The position numbers and the translations under genes are program-made. The notes beneath the pieces are model-generated. The model had not been told where the DNA came from. It did no database searches and worked only from the letters and a program-made list of their open reading frames with translations. From Acidimicrobiia bacterium (lineage in GTDB: Bacteria > Actinomycetota > Acidimicrobiia > Spongiisociales > ZC4RG35), in NCBI GenBank assembly GCA_041751055.1, contig JBGSYD010000037.1, positions 182 through 64,181 of the forward strand: DNA of 64,000 nucleotides. Direction: 5' to 3'. Below are positions 18,541-26,931 of this stretch, piece by piece (position 1 is the stretch's first letter; each line of letters starts with the position of its first letter).

Positions 18541-20019
18541 CTAAAGGGGCCGCAGGGTTGGGAAAAGGATTACTTCGCGGATATGGGTTTGGTTGGTCAG
18601 CAACATCACCAGGCGATCGACTCCGATTCCCAGGCCGCCCGTTGGCGGGAGGCCGTACTCGAGCGCCTCCACGTAATCGAGGTCAATCGGGTGCGCCTCC
18701 TCATCGCCCGCCTCCCGGGCTCGAGCTTGCTCTTCGAATCTGGCCAACTGGTCCGCGGCGTCATTCAATTCACTGAACGCATTCGCATATTCTGCGCCGG
18801 CGATCACCAGTTCGAAACGGTCAGCCAATCGCGGGTCTTCAGCATTGCGTCTCGACAGTGGTGAGACCTCAATTGGCTGATGGGTGACAAACGTTGGGTC
18901 CCATATGGTCTCTTCAACAACGTTGTCGTAAATCGCAAAGAGAATCTGGCCGGCAGTCCACCCCTCCATGACCTCCACCCCTGCCGCGGAGGCCAACGAG
19001 GCAAGGTCGTGGATCGGTGTATCCAGATCGACGTGCTGGCCCACGGACTCTGATACCAGCTCGGCCACTGATGCCCGCCCGTAGGGCCCTTCCAGCGAAA
19101 CAGACCGATCTCGAAAGCTGATTTCGGTGCCGCCTGTCGCAGCGCGCGCCGCCGAGGCGAAAACCTCCTCGAGTAGATCCATGATGTCCTCGTAGTCGGC
19201 CAGCGCTTGATAAGCCTCGAGCATCGTGAACTCAGGATTGTGGGTGGAATCGATTCCTTCGTTGCGAAAGATTCTCCCAATTTCGAAGACACGCTCGAGA
19301 CCACCAACAACCAGTCGCTTGAGGTACAACTCAGTCGCAATGCGCAGCGACATATCCATTTCGAGGGCGTTGTGAGTCGTGTGGAAGGGCCGCGCCGTAG
19401 CTCCGGTGGCCTGACTGAGCAACACCGGAGTCTCCACTTCGACAAACCCGCGATCGGCAAATGAGTTGCGCAGATCTGCGATGATCTTCGACCGCGTGAT
19501 GGCAACCTCTCGGGCTTCGTCGTTGACCATCAGATCGAGGTACCGGCGCCGGCTGCGCTGCTCGACATCCTGAAGGCCATGGAACTTGTCCGGAAGCGGG
19601 CGCAAGCTCTTCTGCAAGATCTGGAAAGAGCTGACCTTGACACTCAGCTCACCTTTTTTCGTGGTCATCACGGTCCCGGTCGCTCCGATCCAGTCACCCA
19701 AATCCACGTCTGAGAAGGCTTCGGCGGCGGCCTCGCCTAGATGAGCCTGTTCAACAAACAGCTGGATCGACCCGCTCATGTCGCGCAGGGTGGCGAACTG
19801 CAATTTGCCAAAGGACCGGATCAACATCACCCGGCCGGCAACCGACACCTCTATGTCGGTGACGTCTCCCGGACCGAGGTCACCATGTGAATCGTGCAGA
19901 TCTCTGGCCCAGGCAGTCCGCTCAAAGCGGCTCGGATATCCCCCGCCAGCCAGAATACGCTCGTGATGTTCACGACGACTGGCCGAGAGGGAATCCTCGG
20001 CTTCGGTTGTCTCAGACAT
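18541..20019 (-). CDS. lysS: lysine--tRNA ligase (class II)
   Basis: 492 aa; N-terminal OB anticodon-binding domain and class II catalytic core; consistent with LysRS. Confidence 0.9.
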   Translation of the reverse strand: MSETTEAEDSLSASRREHHERILAGGGYPSRFERTAWARDLHDSHGDLGPGDVTDIEVSVAGRVMLIRSFGKLQFATLRDMSGSIQLFVEQAHLGEAAAEAFSDVDLGDWIGATGTVMTTKKGELSVKVSSFQILQKSLRPLPDKFHGLQDVEQRSRRRYLDLMVNDEAREVAITRSKIIADLRNSFADRGFVEVETPVLLSQATGATARPFHTTHNALEMDMSLRIATELYLKRLVVGGLERVFEIGRIFRNEGIDSTHNPEFTMLEAYQALADYEDIMDLLEEVFASAARAATGGTEISFRDRSVSLEGPYGRASVAELVSESVGQHVDLDTPIHDLASLASAAGVEVMEGWTAGQILFAIYDNVVEETIWDPTFVTHQPIEVSPLSRRNAEDPRLADRFELVIAGAEYANAFSELNDAADQLARFEEQARAREAGDEEAHPIDLDYVEALEYGLPPTGGLGIGVDRLVMLLTNQTHIREVILFPTLRPL

Positions 20020-20040
20020 TTCGCCTCGATCTTGGAAGAG

Positions 20041-20928
20041 TCAGGGAAGCGTACCGAGGCGACTGGGCTCTTCCAGGATTAGGCCGCGATCGGGCCGGGG
20101 ACGCACCCCGTCGAACTCGATCGACAGATTGTCGATCAGCCGGATATCACCAACGGTTGCAGCGACGGCGAGCACCGCAGGCTGATCGAGGATTTCGATC
20201 GGATCCATCGTGTCGTCAGCTACCAGCTCGACATAGTCGGCTTCGAGTCGCGATATGGAGCGAGAAACCGTTCGCTCCAGCCGTTCTCCCCTGGTCTCGC
20301 CGGCGTCGATCTGCTCGGCTGCCTGAAACAAGCCCCTACTGATAGCGAGTGCCTGTTCTCGACCCATGCGGTCCAATCTGACGTTTCTGCTCGAGAGGGC
20401 AAGGCCGTCGGGCTCGCGCACTAAGGGCGCCGACACGATTTCCACCGGAAACCTGAGATCTCGAACCATGCCCTTCAGGACTGCGATCTGCTGGGCATCC
20501 TTTTTGCCAAAGAGGGCGACGTCTGGTTGCAAACCGGCAAAGAGCTTGGCCACGACGGTGGCGACGCCCACAAAGTGGGATGGCCGGTATTTGCCCTCCA
20601 TTCCCAAGGCCACGGCACCAACGGTGACGCTGGTGGACGACCCGGGTGGGTAGACCTCGTCAACTTCGGGGAGAAAGTGGATATCGACGCCATGTTCGGT
20701 TGCCAATCGAGAGTCGCGCTCCACATCTCTGGGGTAGGCGTCGAGATCCGCCGATTCATTGAATTGGGTCGGGTTGACGAAATTCGATACGACGAGGGTG
20801 TCACACTGTTCGCGCAAGAGGTCCATGAGTGTGAGATGGCCCTCGTGGAAATAGCCCATTGTCGGCAACAGCCCGATTCGTCCCTTGTAAAGCGATCGCG
20901 TTCGGGCAAAGGTGCTGGTTAGGTCCAT
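20041..20928 (-). CDS. panC: pantoate--beta-alanine ligase
   Basis: PTMGYFHEGHLTLM (HIGH-type) and other PanC motifs; 295 aa. Confidence 0.9.
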   Translation of the reverse strand: MDLTSTFARTRSLYKGRIGLLPTMGYFHEGHLTLMDLLREQCDTLVVSNFVNPTQFNESADLDAYPRDVERDSRLATEHGVDIHFLPEVDEVYPPGSSTSVTVGAVALGMEGKYRPSHFVGVATVVAKLFAGLQPDVALFGKKDAQQIAVLKGMVRDLRFPVEIVSAPLVREPDGLALSSRNVRLDRMGREQALAISRGLFQAAEQIDAGETRGERLERTVSRSISRLEADYVELVADDTMDPIEILDQPAVLAVAATVGDIRLIDNLSIEFDGVRPRPDRGLILEEPSRLGTLP

Positions 20929-21707
20929 TTCTCGACTTCATCTTCCTGGTGAGCAACAACCGCTGTCGCTTCGGCGAGGAGGCGAAATTGTCGGCCGAGG
21001 TCCTCCGATACCTGATGCGCGGCCACCAGGTGTCCGACAACGGTTTCGGTGTCACCCCGCGCTATTGGACCGGTCAAAGAATGGCGGGCCCCCGATTCGA
21101 AAACGTTGACGACGACTCGTTCGACCAGAGGTCGAGCCACTGAAGGGTCGATCCCGGCGGCGGCAAACAGGTCTGCCGAAGTGACCAGGGATGTCACAAC
21201 GAAATTGGACGCTGCCGCGGCTGCGGCGTGATAGAGCGGGCGGACATCGTCGGATAGGTGGAAGGGAGTCATGCCAAGGGACAGGCCAAGGTGGGTGAGG
21301 GCATCCACAGCGAGTTGGTCGCCGTCGATACCGACATGCGCGCCGTGCAAGGAGCCAGACCCGACCTCAGGATCGGGAAGGGTCTGCAGCGGGTGGAACC
21401 CTCCAATGGAAACATCCTGTGTCAACAGCGGCCAGAGTGATGCGATAGGCACAAAACCCGATACGTGAGCGACAACTGATACGTCTGCAGCCAGTCCAGC
21501 GAGATCGTGCACTACACCCTCGATATCGTGGTCTCGCACGCAGATCAAAGCGATGTCGGCTTCGGGCAACGTCTCGCCGATGGCGACCGGCGGTCCGTAG
21601 ATTGTTGACTCGGTGCCGACCACTCCTGCAATTTCGTGCCCGGCGCGGGCCGCAGCTAGCGCGATCGAACCACCGGCCCTACCGGGGCCGACGATCACAA
21701 GACGCAT
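20919..21707 (-). CDS. Rossmann-fold NAD(P)-binding protein (DUF2520/ketopantoate-reductase-like), upstream of panC
   Basis: MRLVIVGPGRAGGS glycine-rich dinucleotide-binding motif; a conserved partner of panC in Actinobacteria. Confidence 0.6.
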   Translation of the reverse strand: MRLVIVGPGRAGGSIALAAARAGHEIAGVVGTESTIYGPPVAIGETLPEADIALICVRDHDIEGVVHDLAGLAADVSVVAHVSGFVPIASLWPLLTQDVSIGGFHPLQTLPDPEVGSGSLHGAHVGIDGDQLAVDALTHLGLSLGMTPFHLSDDVRPLYHAAAAAASNFVVTSLVTSADLFAAAGIDPSVARPLVERVVVNVFESGARHSLTGPIARGDTETVVGHLVAAHQVSEDLGRQFRLLAEATAVVAHQEDEVEKWT

Positions 21708-21783
21708 AGGAGGGCTTTCACAGCGGTGAGGCTAATGCCCCACGCCACTACTCCTCCGATCGTCGCAGATTCGTAGAATGCGC

Positions 21784-22125
21784 CTAGGTCTGGTCGTGTC
21801 TCAGTTGTTCGGACGTGATGACCGGCCAGTTGGCGTCGATTTCACTTTTGAGGTCGCGATAACTGTCCCGCCGCTTCCAGAACTTCGTCTTCCACACTCT
21901 GAAACGACTGCGCCCGGCGATAGCTTCGGGCGGCGCAACGTCATGTTTACGGGTCCGACGGACTTCTGGCAAAGCAGAGACCTCTTCGGGGTCGTCGACC
22001 ATGTGCAACATCTGATGTGCGGCGTGGCGTACCTGGCGGTGTTGCTGCTTGCGCTCGTCGCGCGAAGGGCGACTCTCGTCGTATCCGGGGATTTCGATGC
22101 GGTTGTTTCGCGACCGTTTGGCCAT
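21784..22125 (-). CDS. hypothetical basic protein
   Basis: 113 aa, Arg/Lys-rich, GC3-biased coding look, no recognisable motif. Confidence 0.4.
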   Translation of the reverse strand: MAKRSRNNRIEIPGYDESRPSRDERKQQHRQVRHAAHQMLHMVDDPEEVSALPEVRRTRKHDVAPPEAIAGRSRFRVWKTKFWKRRDSYRDLKSEIDANWPVITSEQLRHDQT

Positions 22126-22278
22126 TTAGTGGATCCTCCTGTCGTCACTGATTCTCAGTTCGCTACGAGGACCTTCGGTGGACCGCGGCCACTTCCCATG
22201 GTCTGGAAACTAACACGTTTGTCCATTTCTGCATAGGGACGATTGGCCCTTTCATAAGAGGAAAGGTCATCAATCGCC

Positions 22279-23235
22279 CTACACGACGTATGGAAAAAAC
22301 CGGTATCTCACGTTGCTCATATAGGCCGAATAACCAGCGTAAGCGATGCGCAACTGACGCTCCTCATAATTGGTTTTCAGGAAGAAGAAGATCAGCAACG
22401 CACCTGCTACCAGCATGCCAAACCGACTCGAGAACAAGACTGCCGACCCTCCGCCAATCAGGATCACGCCCCCGTAAATAGGGTGACGAACCCAACGAAA
22501 CGGGCCTGTCACCACAAGGGTTGCTCCGACGATGGGTTCCGGCAACGGCGTCAGGCCCCGACCCAGACTCACCGACGCCGTGCCACCCAGGAGCACTCCG
22601 GCACTAACCATCATCAGACCGACCAGCGCAGTCGGTTTGAGAATCGAACTCGGGAGTTCCCCTCCGATCACCAGAGCTACAGCCAACAGGGCAAACAGAC
22701 TCATTTGGCCACCAACCCAGAGCGTGCCCGGACGCATTCGATCGCTCTGATGCCAGTTGGGACCTAGCGAATCCACTTTCTGATCCCGAACACCTGCGAT
22801 CGCTTCTCGGGCCGTCTCATCAGGCCCGACCATGGCATCGGGCCAAACATCGTTGAGGGGGGCCAGAACAAACCGGCGCTCGGCCGCCCGCGGGTGCGGG
22901 ACTTCGAGCTTAGGTGGATCGTCAACAACTGGTCCGTCAGATGCGACGATGTCGAGGTCGAGCGTGCGTGGGCCCCACCGCTCTAGTCGCTCTCTCCCGA
23001 GCTCGGCCTCGATCCGCTGCAATTCGCTCAAGAGATTCATGGGCTCTCGATCAGACCTGAGAACCAAAACAGCGTTCAGATAGGGATCCTGGACCGGACC
23101 TCCAACCGGCTCGGTTTCGTAGAGCCTGGACAATGCCTCCACTTCACCGTTCTCCGCGATGGCCTCGACCGCCACGCGCAAGTTATGGATCCGATCGCCG
23201 AGGTTGGATCCAAGTGCGATGGCGTAGCGGGTCAT
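22279..23235 (-). CDS. folK: 2-amino-4-hydroxy-6-hydroxymethyldihydropteridine diphosphokinase (HPPK) fused to an ICMT/PEMT-like membrane methyltransferase domain
   Basis: N-terminal 160 aa is HPPK (YAIALGSNLGDR..., EPVGGP..., RTLDLDI). The C-terminal 150 aa has 4 to 5 TM helices with RHPIYGG...NYEERQL, characteristic of isoprenylcysteine carboxyl / phospholipid methyltransferase-family proteins. It is a single uninterrupted ORF. Confidence 0.8.
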   Translation of the reverse strand: MTRYAIALGSNLGDRIHNLRVAVEAIAENGEVEALSRLYETEPVGGPVQDPYLNAVLVLRSDREPMNLLSELQRIEAELGRERLERWGPRTLDLDIVASDGPVVDDPPKLEVPHPRAAERRFVLAPLNDVWPDAMVGPDETAREAIAGVRDQKVDSLGPNWHQSDRMRPGTLWVGGQMSLFALLAVALVIGGELPSSILKPTALVGLMMVSAGVLLGGTASVSLGRGLTPLPEPIVGATLVVTGPFRWVRHPIYGGVILIGGGSAVLFSSRFGMLVAGALLIFFFLKTNYEERQLRIAYAGYSAYMSNVRYRFFPYVV

Positions 23236-23594
23236 CGGCCCCGTTGAACAGTCACTGACACGTCGCCAAAGGAGACCGGGATGGGCGCCTGAGGTTTATG
23301 GACCGTCACCAACACCTTGTCGACGCGTTGGTCTTCGAGAACCATCGACGCCAGCTCTTCGGCCAGACGCTCGATCAGGTTGAAACTGTTGTGTTTCGCC
23401 AGGTCATGTGCCCTTTGGGCCAGAGTTCCATAGTCGATGGTCTCATCGAGGTCATCGCTGGCTCCGGCGCTGCTCAGATCCATCGTCAATGAGATATCCA
23501 ACAGAAAGGTCTGAGGCTCAGTCTTTTCGGATGCGAGGACGCCGTGCCGGGCCAGTACTTCTATCCCGGCGATTTCGATTCGGTCCGACATCAA
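23232..23594 (-). CDS. folB: dihydroneopterin aldolase
   Basis: 120 aa; GIEVLARHGVLASEK and other DHNA-family features; 4-nt overlap with folK. Confidence 0.85.
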   Translation of the reverse strand: MMSDRIEIAGIEVLARHGVLASEKTEPQTFLLDISLTMDLSSAGASDDLDETIDYGTLAQRAHDLAKHNSFNLIERLAEELASMVLEDQRVDKVLVTVHKPQAPIPVSFGDVSVTVQRGR

Positions 23595-24082
23595 CCGGCG
23601 ACTGCCGGGATCAGTGATCGCCCCTCCGGGCCCAGAGCACGACCCAATATCTGTTGGATCACTGCCAGCGCCAGGATCGGGTCGGCGACCATCCCCGACG
23701 TGACGAGGTAACCGCCCAAGAGACCACCGATGGTGTCATCGACAACTTCCCGGTGGACGAGGACTCTGGCCTTGGGTCGGGATAAGGCCTTCTCCAGGGT
23801 CTTGAAGAAGACTATGGGGTCGCGCGGCTCAAGGATCGAGTCCATAGGAATCGAATATGTCGCAATGCCGGCCTCGCGATAGGCAGCGACGTTTTGATTG
23901 CCGGGGAGCATGGAAACCACGGTGTTGATGTGGGCTTCCTCCACCAACCACGTGATCTCTTCCTCGCGTCGGACCCGGCGGTGTTGGAACCCCGATCCCC
24001 CGACACGGTCAGAAACGGCGAGCTTGTCCGAGATAACCCAGGTGAAACCCCGGGGCTTTAATCCAGCTGCCATTCTTCCCAT
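23591..24082 (-). CDS. hypothetical protein, dual-specificity-phosphatase-like sequence lacking the catalytic Cys/Arg, embedded in the folate operon
   Basis: 163 aa; INTVVSM...Y...IPMDS...ARVLVHREVVDDTIGG resembles the DSP/PTP HCx5R signature region, but Cys and Arg are replaced by R and T. It overlaps folB by 4 nt and folP by about 25 nt. Confidence 0.5.
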   Translation of the reverse strand: MGRMAAGLKPRGFTWVISDKLAVSDRVGGSGFQHRRVRREEEITWLVEEAHINTVVSMLPGNQNVAAYREAGIATYSIPMDSILEPRDPIVFFKTLEKALSRPKARVLVHREVVDDTIGGLLGGYLVTSGMVADPILALAVIQQILGRALGPEGRSLIPAVAG

Positions 24083-24927
24083 GCTTCAGGGGCAACGATA
24101 GCGTCCGCAATCCGGAGCGCATCCCGAGATGACCGGACATCATGGACCCGAAACACGCGCGCGCCACGCTCAAATGCCAGGGCGGTCGAGACAGCGGTAT
24201 GCCCGTCACGGCGCTTGGGATCGCCCTCGCCGGTTATCGACCTGAAGATGGACTTCCTCGAGGTCCCGATCACGACGGGATAACCCAATCCGGCTATTTC
24301 CCCCATTCGATTGAGCAATTCCAGGTTGTGGCGCGGGGTCTTGCCGAAGCCGATTCCGGGATCGATTGCAATCGAACTTGGAAGCGTTCCCGCCTCCGCA
24401 AGCACCCCCGCCCTTCCGGCGAGGAACCCTGCGACCTCACTGACGACGTCGTCATAGTCGGGATCGTCCTGCATGGTCCGGGGGTTGCCCCTCATGTGCA
24501 TGACGACCGCGGCCACCCCGGCGGCCGCGACCAGCTTGACCATCTCCATGGATCGAAAGCCCGACACGTCGTTGACAACGGTTGCACCCGCCTCGATTGC
24601 GGCCCCGGCGACCAGGGGCTTTGTCGTGTCGATGCTGACTCGATAACCGGAGCCCGCCAATGCCGACACAACTGGAATCACACGGTCGATCTCCTCGGCT
24701 GCCGACACTTCGCTGGCGCCGGGTCGGGTGGACTCTCCACCGACGTCCAACAAGGTCGCTCCATCGGAAACCATCTGGCCGCCCGCTGCTATCGCACGCC
24801 CCGTATCGAGATGATCACCCCCATCGGAGAAGGAATCAGGGGTCACATTGATGACCCCCATCAAGATCCCCCTTGAAATATCGATTCGCTCCTGACCGAT
24901 CTTCCAGACCGTCACCGGTTGCTCCAC
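24058..24927 (-). CDS. folP: dihydropteroate synthase
   Basis: GVINVTPDSFSDGG and later pterin-binding motifs. The track ORF (to 25056) would overlap folE by about 130 nt, so the start is probably a GTG/TTG near 24915-24927 (uncertain). Confidence 0.85.
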   Translation of the reverse strand: MEQPVTVWKIGQERIDISRGILMGVINVTPDSFSDGGDHLDTGRAIAAGGQMVSDGATLLDVGGESTRPGASEVSAAEEIDRVIPVVSALAGSGYRVSIDTTKPLVAGAAIEAGATVVNDVSGFRSMEMVKLVAAAGVAAVVMHMRGNPRTMQDDPDYDDVVSEVAGFLAGRAGVLAEAGTLPSSIAIDPGIGFGKTPRHNLELLNRMGEIAGLGYPVVIGTSRKSIFRSITGEGDPKRRDGHTAVSTALAFERGARVFRVHDVRSSRDALRIADAIVAPEAWEEWQLD

Positions 24928-25505
24928 TATCTGGCGGTGCCAAGCAACAGCGCCATCGCCTCCGACCTGGTCGAAGCGTTCGACTCCATCACCCCGCGCA
25001 CAGCGGACGTAACAGTTGTTGCGCCGGGCTTGCGTACTCCCCGCATCGACATGCACAAATGCTCTGCTTCGATCACGACGATTACCCCGAGTGGGTCGAG
25101 CCGATCACAGAGAGTGTCCGCAATCTGAGCGGTGAGCCTTTCCTGCATCTGGGGCCTTTTGGCGAAGCCATCGACAAGTCTGGCGAGTTTGGAGAGTCCC
25201 GTAACACGACCCCGCGGCATATACCCAACATGTGCCTGGCCATGGAACGGGACGAGGTGATGTTCACACATCGAATAGAACGGAATCTCTCTGACGATGA
25301 CGATTTCCTGATAGTGCTCTTCGCCGAAGAAGGCATCGATTGTCTCGCCGGGATGGCGATTTATCCCGTCGAATACCTCGGCGTAGAAACGCGCCACCCG
25401 TTCCGGTGTCTCTAGAAGGCCCTCTCGGTCGGGGTCTTCACCCAGAGCTTCGATGATCTCGCGAACGGCTTTTTCGATCCGTCCCAGGTCGATTTCGGAC
25501 ATCAC
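24927..25505 (-). CDS. folE: GTP cyclohydrolase I
   Basis: 192 aa; MCEHHLVPF and GYMP...GLSKLAR motifs of FolE. Confidence 0.9.
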   Translation of the reverse strand: MMSEIDLGRIEKAVREIIEALGEDPDREGLLETPERVARFYAEVFDGINRHPGETIDAFFGEEHYQEIVIVREIPFYSMCEHHLVPFHGQAHVGYMPRGRVTGLSKLARLVDGFAKRPQMQERLTAQIADTLCDRLDPLGVIVVIEAEHLCMSMRGVRKPGATTVTSAVRGVMESNASTRSEAMALLLGTAR

Positions 25506-25540
25506 CGAAGGTTACAGGAGTTTCTTTGTTGTTATCCGCT

Positions 25541-25569
25541 TGACACGATGTCAGGGTGACTATACGATG
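25541..25569 (+). promoter_or_regulatory. near-consensus sigma70 (SigA-type) promoter TTGACA-N17-TACGAT
   Basis: TTGACA at 25541-25546, 17-nt spacer, TACGAT at 25564-25569; it points at the RHH/toastrack operon and is divergent from folE. Confidence 0.5.
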
Positions 25570-25597
25570 ACATCATCACGACATCACACAGATGTCA
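25548..25597. promoter_or_regulatory. array of four GATGTC/GACATC hexamers (spacings 22, 11, 11 nt) overlapping the -10 and transcription start: candidate operator
   Basis: GATGTC at 25548 and 25592; GACATC at 25570 and 25581. The 11-nt phasing is about one helical turn. Confidence 0.4.
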
Positions 25598-25633
25598 GGA
25601 CAAAGGACACGGAAATGATCTGGTTCCAATACG

Positions 25634-26161
25634 GTGACAGTCTCGAGGCAGAACTCAACGAAAGAATTCGTCGACTCCGGAAAGTGCGTCACTAGAGCAA
25701 TGCAGATATCACACACGATGGTGAACCTCGAGCAGCGGATTGAGTCCCAACTGGCGATGGCTGACCCCGAGATCGTTGCAGTAGCCAACCAGGTCTTGGA
25801 GGCACTAAAGCCGGCGATCAGACAGACTCTGCTCGAGGTCACCGAAATGGCCGCTGCCGAGATCAACTCACAGCTTGCCGGCCAGCAGGTCGAGGTCCGC
25901 CTCGTTGCCGGGGATCCTGAGCTGGTCGTGTCCGCACAGAAGGTACCCCCTCCCCCACCGCCGCCCCACGCACCGGGATCCGAGAACACCGACGATGAAG
26001 CGCGAATCACCCTCCGCATCCCTCAGCACCTGAAAGACCTCATCGCCGACGCCGCTGACATAGCCGGCGATTCCGTCAACTCATGGGTGGTAGACACATT
26101 GCGAACAACAACCGCCTCCCGACGCTCCGGGCACAACGTCAAGGAAACATTCGAGCTGTGA
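25634..26161 (+). CDS. ribbon-helix-helix (Arc/CopG/HicB-like C-terminal) domain protein with poly-Pro linker
   Basis: C-terminal RITLRIPQHLKDLIADAADIAGDSVNSWVVDTL is an RHH-type DNA-binding signature, preceded by PPPPPPP; N-terminal about 90 aa of unknown function. The start is ambiguous (25634, 25700 or 25718). The stop TGA overlaps the GTG start of the next gene (GTGA). Confidence 0.55.
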   Translation: MTVSRQNSTKEFVDSGKCVTRAMQISHTMVNLEQRIESQLAMADPEIVAVANQVLEALKPAIRQTLLEVTEMAAAEINSQLAGQQVEVRLVAGDPELVVSAQKVPPPPPPPHAPGSENTDDEARITLRIPQHLKDLIADAADIAGDSVNSWVVDTLRTTTASRRSGHNVKETFEL

Positions 26162-26925
26162 GCGACTACGAGTTCGCGATCGATGGAGTCGCATCGATCG
26201 ACATCCGAATCCCATCGGGGAAAATCGAGGTCGTCACCGGCGAGCAGGACGTTGTCAAGGTCGGACTCTCAGGAGGCGGTGAGGGCGATGTGGCCGTCGA
26301 CCAACGAGGTTCGACGATCACGATTACAAGCAAACGGCAGGGTCGATTCATCATGATCGACCGGAATGTCTATGCAACGATCGAGGTGCCCGGCGGAACA
26401 GAAGTCAGGGCAACCTTGGCATCCGCCGACCTCACCTGCGACACCGACGTCAGCCATCTTGCCTTTCAATCCGCTTCAGGCGACCTCCGCTTCGCAAACG
26501 CCGTCGAAGTGGACGCAAAGACGGCCAGTGGGGATCTCCGGGGCGGTGTGGTCTACGAACGGATCAGTTTCGTGAGTGCTTCGGGCGACGTCTTTCTGGA
26601 CGAGATCCATGGTCGCGCCGAGGTATCGACTGCCTCGGGCGATTTGCACGTCGACAAGGTCGTCGCCCCGGCACAGGTGTCAACCGTGTCCGGTGACGTC
26701 CACATCGCGGAGTTTCTGGGCGAAGACCTCACGTGCAAATCGATGTCAGGCAACGTCCGGGTCGGCATCCCACGCGGTACCAGGGTCGATCTCGACGCCA
26801 ACAGCCTCAGCGGAAAAATCCACCTCCCGGATCGCAAGACTTCGACCACGGCCGATGCTTCGATCAGAGCGACCCGAATCCAGGTGAAGCTGGTTTCGGG
26901 AGACTTGAGAATCGACCGGGTTTAG
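26158..26925 (+). CDS. toastrack (DUF4097) beta-helix repeat protein
   Basis: Repeated SASGDL / TASGDL / TVSGDV / SMSGNV / SLSGKI strands typical of DUF4097 (YvlB/LiaG-like). A GTG start at 26158 is translationally coupled to the upstream RHH gene. No signal peptide or TM. Confidence 0.7.
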   Translation: MSDYEFAIDGVASIDIRIPSGKIEVVTGEQDVVKVGLSGGGEGDVAVDQRGSTITITSKRQGRFIMIDRNVYATIEVPGGTEVRATLASADLTCDTDVSHLAFQSASGDLRFANAVEVDAKTASGDLRGGVVYERISFVSASGDVFLDEIHGRAEVSTASGDLHVDKVVAPAQVSTVSGDVHIAEFLGEDLTCKSMSGNVRVGIPRGTRVDLDANSLSGKIHLPDRKTSTTADASIRATRIQVKLVSGDLRIDRV

Positions 26926-26931
26926 TCCGTC

